Shown here: piece by piece, positions 59,191-64,000 of the stretch
Layout of the letters: each line of letters begins with the position of its first letter
How positions within the stretch are numbered: position 1 is the first letter of the stretch
The notes under the pieces: model-generated
What the model was told of the DNA's origin: nothing
Database searches by the model: none
The model's input: the letters and a program-made list of their open reading frames with translations, nothing else
Source of the DNA: the human T2T-CHM13v2.0 reference genome, Homo sapiens
NCBI RefSeq assembly: GCF_009914755.1
Contig: NC_060946.1
Direction: 5' to 3' (one strand)
Length of the DNA stretch: 64,000 bases
Program-made: the position numbers and the translations under genes

Positions 59191-62100
59191 ATTCCATTGC
59201 ATTCCATTCCATTCCATTCCATTCCATTCCATTCCATTCCATTCCATTGCATTCCATTCCATTTCATTCCATTGCTTTCCACTCGGGTTGAATCCATTCC
59301 ATTCCATTCTCTTCGGGTTGATTCCTTTCCATTCAATTCCATTCCATACCATTCCAGTCCATTCCATTCGGGTTGATTCCATTCCATTCCGTTCCGTTCC
59401 ATTCCATTCCATACTATTCCACTAGGGTTGATTCCATACCATTCTTTCAATTGCATTCCATTGCATTCCACTCCACTCGGGTTGATTCCATTCCATTCCA
59501 TTCCATTCCATTCCATTGCATTTCATTCCATTCCATTGCATTCCATTCCTTTCCATTCCACTCGTGTTTATTCCCTTCCATTCCATTCCATTCCATTGCA
59601 TTTTTGTTGACTCCATTCCGTTCCTTTCCATTTCATTCCATACCGTTCCATTCCATTCCATTCCGTTCCATTCCATTCGTGTTGATTCCATTCCATTCCA
59701 TTCCATTCCATTCCATTCCATTGCATTCCATTCCATTCCATTCCATTTCATTCTATTCCATTCCATTCCACTCCACTCCATTCCATTCCATTCCCCTCGG
59801 GTTGATTCCATTGCATTCCATTCCAGTCCATTCAATTCCATCCCATTCCATTCCATTCGGTTCATTCCATTACATTCCATTCCATTCTTTCCATTCCATT
59901 CCATTCCTTTGCATTCCATTCCATTCCATTCCATTCCATTCCATTCCATTCCATTCCACTCGGGTTTATTCCATAGCATTCCATTCCATTCCATTCCATT
60001 CCATTCCATTCCATTCCATTCCATTCCACTCGGGTTGATTCCATACCATTCCTTTCCATTCATTCCTTTCCATTCCATTCCTTTCCTGTCGGGTTGAATC
60101 CATTCCATTCCTTTCCATTCCATTCCATTCCTTTCCATTCCATTCCTCTCGGGTTGATTCCGTAGCATTGCATTCCATTCCATTGCATTTGGGTTGATTC
60201 CATTCCCTTCCATTCCATTCCATTCCATGCCATTCATTTACATTATACTCCGGTTGATTCCATAGCATTCCATTCCATTCCATTCCATTCCATTCCATTT
60301 CATTCGGGTTGATTCCATTCTATTCTGTTCCATTCCATTCCATTCCATTCCTTTCCACTCCATTCCGTTTCATTCCATTCGGGTTGATTCCATTCCATTC
60401 CATTCCATTCCATTCCACTCCATTACATTCCTTCCACTCCATTACATTCCATTCCATTCCACCCGGCTTGATTCCATTCCATTCCATTCCATTCCATTCC
60501 ATTCCATTCCATTCCAGTTGATTCCATTGGATTCGATGCTGTTCCATTCCATTCCATTCCATTCCTTTCCCCTCTATTCCATTACATTCCACTCGAGTTG
60601 ATTCCAATCCATTCCACTACATTACATTACATTTCATTAAAATCGGGTGGATTCCATTCCATTCCTTTCCATTCCATTCCATTCCATTCCATTCTGGTTG
60701 ATTCCATTCCGTTCCTTTCCATTCCATTCCATTCCGTTCCATTCCATTCGTGTTGATTCCATTCCATTCCACTCCAATCCATTCCATTCCATTCCAATCC
60801 ATTCCATTCCATTCAATTCCAGTCGCATTCCATCTATTCCATTCCATTTCATTCCGTTCTGTTCTTTTCCATTCTATTGCATTCCATACCATTCCATTCC
60901 ACTCGGGATGTTTCCATTCCATTCCATTATATTCCGTTCCATTCCATTCCATTCCATTCCACTCGGGTTGTTTCCATTCCATTAATTTCAATTTCATTCT
61001 ATTCAATTCCATTCCATTTCACTCGGGTTGTTTCCATTCCATTAATTTGAATTTCATTCTATTCCATTCCATTCCATTCCATTATACTCCATTCCATTCC
61101 ATTCCATTACATTCTATACCATTCCACTCTGGTTGATTCCATTCTATTCCATTCCATTCCATTCCATTCCATTCCATTCCATTCCATTAAATTCCATTCC
61201 ACTCCATTCCACTCGGGTAGATTCCATTCCATTCCATTCCATTCCATTCCATTCCATTCCATTCCATTCCCTTCCATTCCATTCCATTAGTTTCTAATCG
61301 GGTTGATTCCAATCCATTCCATTATATTCAAGTCCTTTCCATTCCATGCCATTTTACTCGGGTTGTTTCCATTTTGTTGTATTCCATTCCATTCCATTCA
61401 ATTCAATTCCATTCCATTCCATTCCATTCCATTGCATTCCATTCCACTCGGGTTGTTTCCGTTCCGTTCCATTTTCCATTCCATTCCATTCTTTTCAATT
61501 CCATTCCATTCCATTCCATTCCTTTCCACTGAGGGTTATTCCTTTCCATTGATTCCAATGCATTCCATTCCAGTTGATACCATTACTTTGCATTGTTTCC
61601 ATTTCAATCCATTCCATTACATTACATTCCACTCCACTCGGTTTGATTCATTTCCATTCCACTCCATTCCATTCCATTCCATTCCATTCCATTCCATTCC
61701 ATTCCATTCCTGTCGCGATGATTCCATTCAATTCCATGGCCTTTTATTCCATTCCATTCCATTCCATTCCATTCCATTCCATTCCTTTCCACTCGGGTTG
61801 ATTCCATTCCATTCAATTGCATTCCGTTCCGTTCCATTCCATTCCATTTCATTCCATTGCATTCCATTCCATTACATTACAAGGCATTCCATTCCACTCG
61901 GGTTGTTTCCACTACATTCCAGTAGTTTCAATTCCATTCCATTCCATTCCATTCCATTCCATTTCATTCCATTCCACTCGGTTTGATTCATTTCCATTCC
62001 AATCCATTCCATTCCATTCCATTCCATTCCATTCCGTTCCATTCCAATCGGGTTGATTCCATCCCATTCCACTCCATTCCATTCCATTCAACTCCATTCC

Positions 62101-64000
62101 ATTCCATTTCACTCCATTACATTCCATTCCATTCCACCCGGATTGAATCCATTCCATTCCATTCCATTGCATTCCATTCCATTCCATTCCATTCCATTCC
62201 ATTCCATTCCATTCCGTTCCATTCCAATCGGGTTGATTCCATCCCATTCCACTCCATTCCATTCCATTCAACTCCATTCCATTCCATTTCACTCCATTAC
62301 ATTACATTCCATTCCACCCGGATTGAATCCATTCCATTCCATTCCATTCCATTCCCTTACATTACATTCCAGTTGATTTCATTGGATTCGATTCCGTTCC
62401 ATTCCATTCCATTCCATTCCATTCCACTCGAGTTGATTCCAATCCATTCCATTGCATTACATTCCATTTCATTCCAATCGTGTGGATTCCATTCCAATCC
62501 ATTCCATTCCACTCGGGTTGATTCCATTCCGTTCCTTTCCATTCCATTCCATTCCATTCCATTTCATTCCATTCCGTTCCATTCCATTCGTGTTGATTGC
62601 ATTCTATTCCACTCCAATCCATTCCATTCCATTCCAATCCATTCCATTCCATTAAATTCCACTCGCATTCAATCTATTCCATACCATTTCATTCCGTTCT
62701 GTTCCATTCCATTCTATTGGATTCCATACCATTCCATTCCACTCGGGATGATTCCATTCCATTCCACTATATTCCGTTCCATTCCATTACTTTCCACTCC
62801 ACTCGGGTTGATTCCATTCCATTCCATTCCATTCCTTTCCATTCCACTCGGGTTGTTTCCTTTCCATTCCTTTACATTTCATTCTATTCCATTCCATTCT
62901 ATTCCATTCCATTCCACTCCATTCCATTCCATTCCTCTCCGGTTATTCCATTCCATTCCATTCCATTCCACTCGGGTTGCTTCCATTCCGTTCCATTACA
63001 TTTTATTCCCTTCCATTCCGTTCCATTACATTCCATTCTATACCATTCCACTCGGGTTGATTCCATACCATTCTACTCCATTCCATTCCATTAAATTCCA
63101 TTCCATTCCATTCCACTCGGGTTGATTCCATTCCATTCCATTCCATTAAATTCCATTCCATTCCATTCCATTCCATTCCATTCCATTCCATTCCACTCGA
63201 GTTGATTCCAATCCATTCCATTGCATTACATTCCATTTCATTCCAATCGTGTGGATTCCATTCCAATCCATTCCATTCCACTCGGGTTGATTCCATTCCG
63301 TTCCTTTCCATTCCATTCCATTCCATTCCATTTCATTCCATTCCGTTCCATTCCATTCGTGTTGATTGCATTCTATTCCACTCCAATCCATTCCATTCCA
63401 TTCCAATCCATTCCATTCCATTAAATTCCACTCGCATTCAATCTATTCCATACCATTTCTTTCCGTTCTGTTCCATTCCATTCTATTGGATTCCATACCA
63501 TTCCATTCCACTCGGGATGATTCCATTCCATTCCACTATATTCCGTTCCATTCCAATACTTTCCACTCCACTCGGGTTGATTCCATTCCATTCCATTCCA
63601 TTCCTTTCCATTCCTTTACATTTCATTCTATTCCATTCCATTCTATTCCATTCCATTCCACTCCATTCCATTCCATTCCTCTCTGGTTATTCCATTCCAT
63701 TCCATTCCATTCCACTCGGGTTGCTTCCATTCCGTTCCATTACATTTTATTCCATTCCATTCCATTCCATTACATTCCATTCTATACCATTCCACTCGGG
63801 TTGATTCCATACCATTCTATTCCATTCCATTCCATTAAATTCCATTCCATTCCATTCCACTCGGGTTGATTCCATTCCATTCCATTCCATTCCATTCCAT
63901 TCCATTCCATTCCAATCCATTCCGTTCCGTTCTGTTCCGTTCCATTCCATTCCATTCCATTAAATTCCATTCCATTCCATTCCATTCCATTCCATTCCAT

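Larger units (their letters stand above)
32929..64000 (+). repeat. HSat3 (satellite III) array, (CATTC)n on + strand / (GGAAT)n on - strand; runs off the window end
   Basis: Continuous CATTC pentamer runs interrupted by CACTCGGGTTGATT and variants, the HSat3 hallmark. The HSat2-type CATTCGAT(G/T) motif is rare. No strand switch seen in 31 kb. Confidence 0.96.

Noticed and set aside
32957-64000. Hundreds of FHSIP / MEWNG ORFs up to 458 aa
   Set aside because: (CATTC)n and (GGAAT)n contain no stop codon in any frame. This is a well-known source of spurious predicted proteins.

Overview
This window is entirely primate (human-like) constitutive-heterochromatin satellite DNA. I find no credible gene, RNA gene or novel protein-coding system. 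There are three abutting blocks. (1) 1-29700: a tandem array of about 12.3 copies of a ~2.42-2.46 kb composite unit, made of a ~570 bp HSATI-like segment, a 5'-clipped Alu and a ~1.55 kb very AT-rich segment. This is the HSat1B/DYZ2 family. (2) 29701-32928: about 77 copies of the 42-bp HSat1A (satellite I/SAR) monomer. (3) 32929-64000: HSat3 (CATTC)n with CACTCGGGTTG interruptions. All ORFs in the supplied track are repeat artefacts. What deserves a second look is structural: a 4872-bp dimeric higher-order repeat in HSat1B that breaks down into an X-Y-X-Y-X-X-X-Y pattern and then diverges toward the junction; a sharp three-way HSat1B/HSat1A/HSat3 junction; a 43-bp sub-repeat in HSat1B that may resemble the HSat1A monomer; CpG-creating variants in one unit type; and HSat3 periods of ~1.8, ~3.0 and ~2.2 kb rather than the ~3.56 kb expected of DYZ1. 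The chromosome and species cannot be fixed from the sequence alone. An acrocentric short arm, an atypical Yq12 boundary or a great-ape equivalent are all possible. All coordinates were counted by eye.
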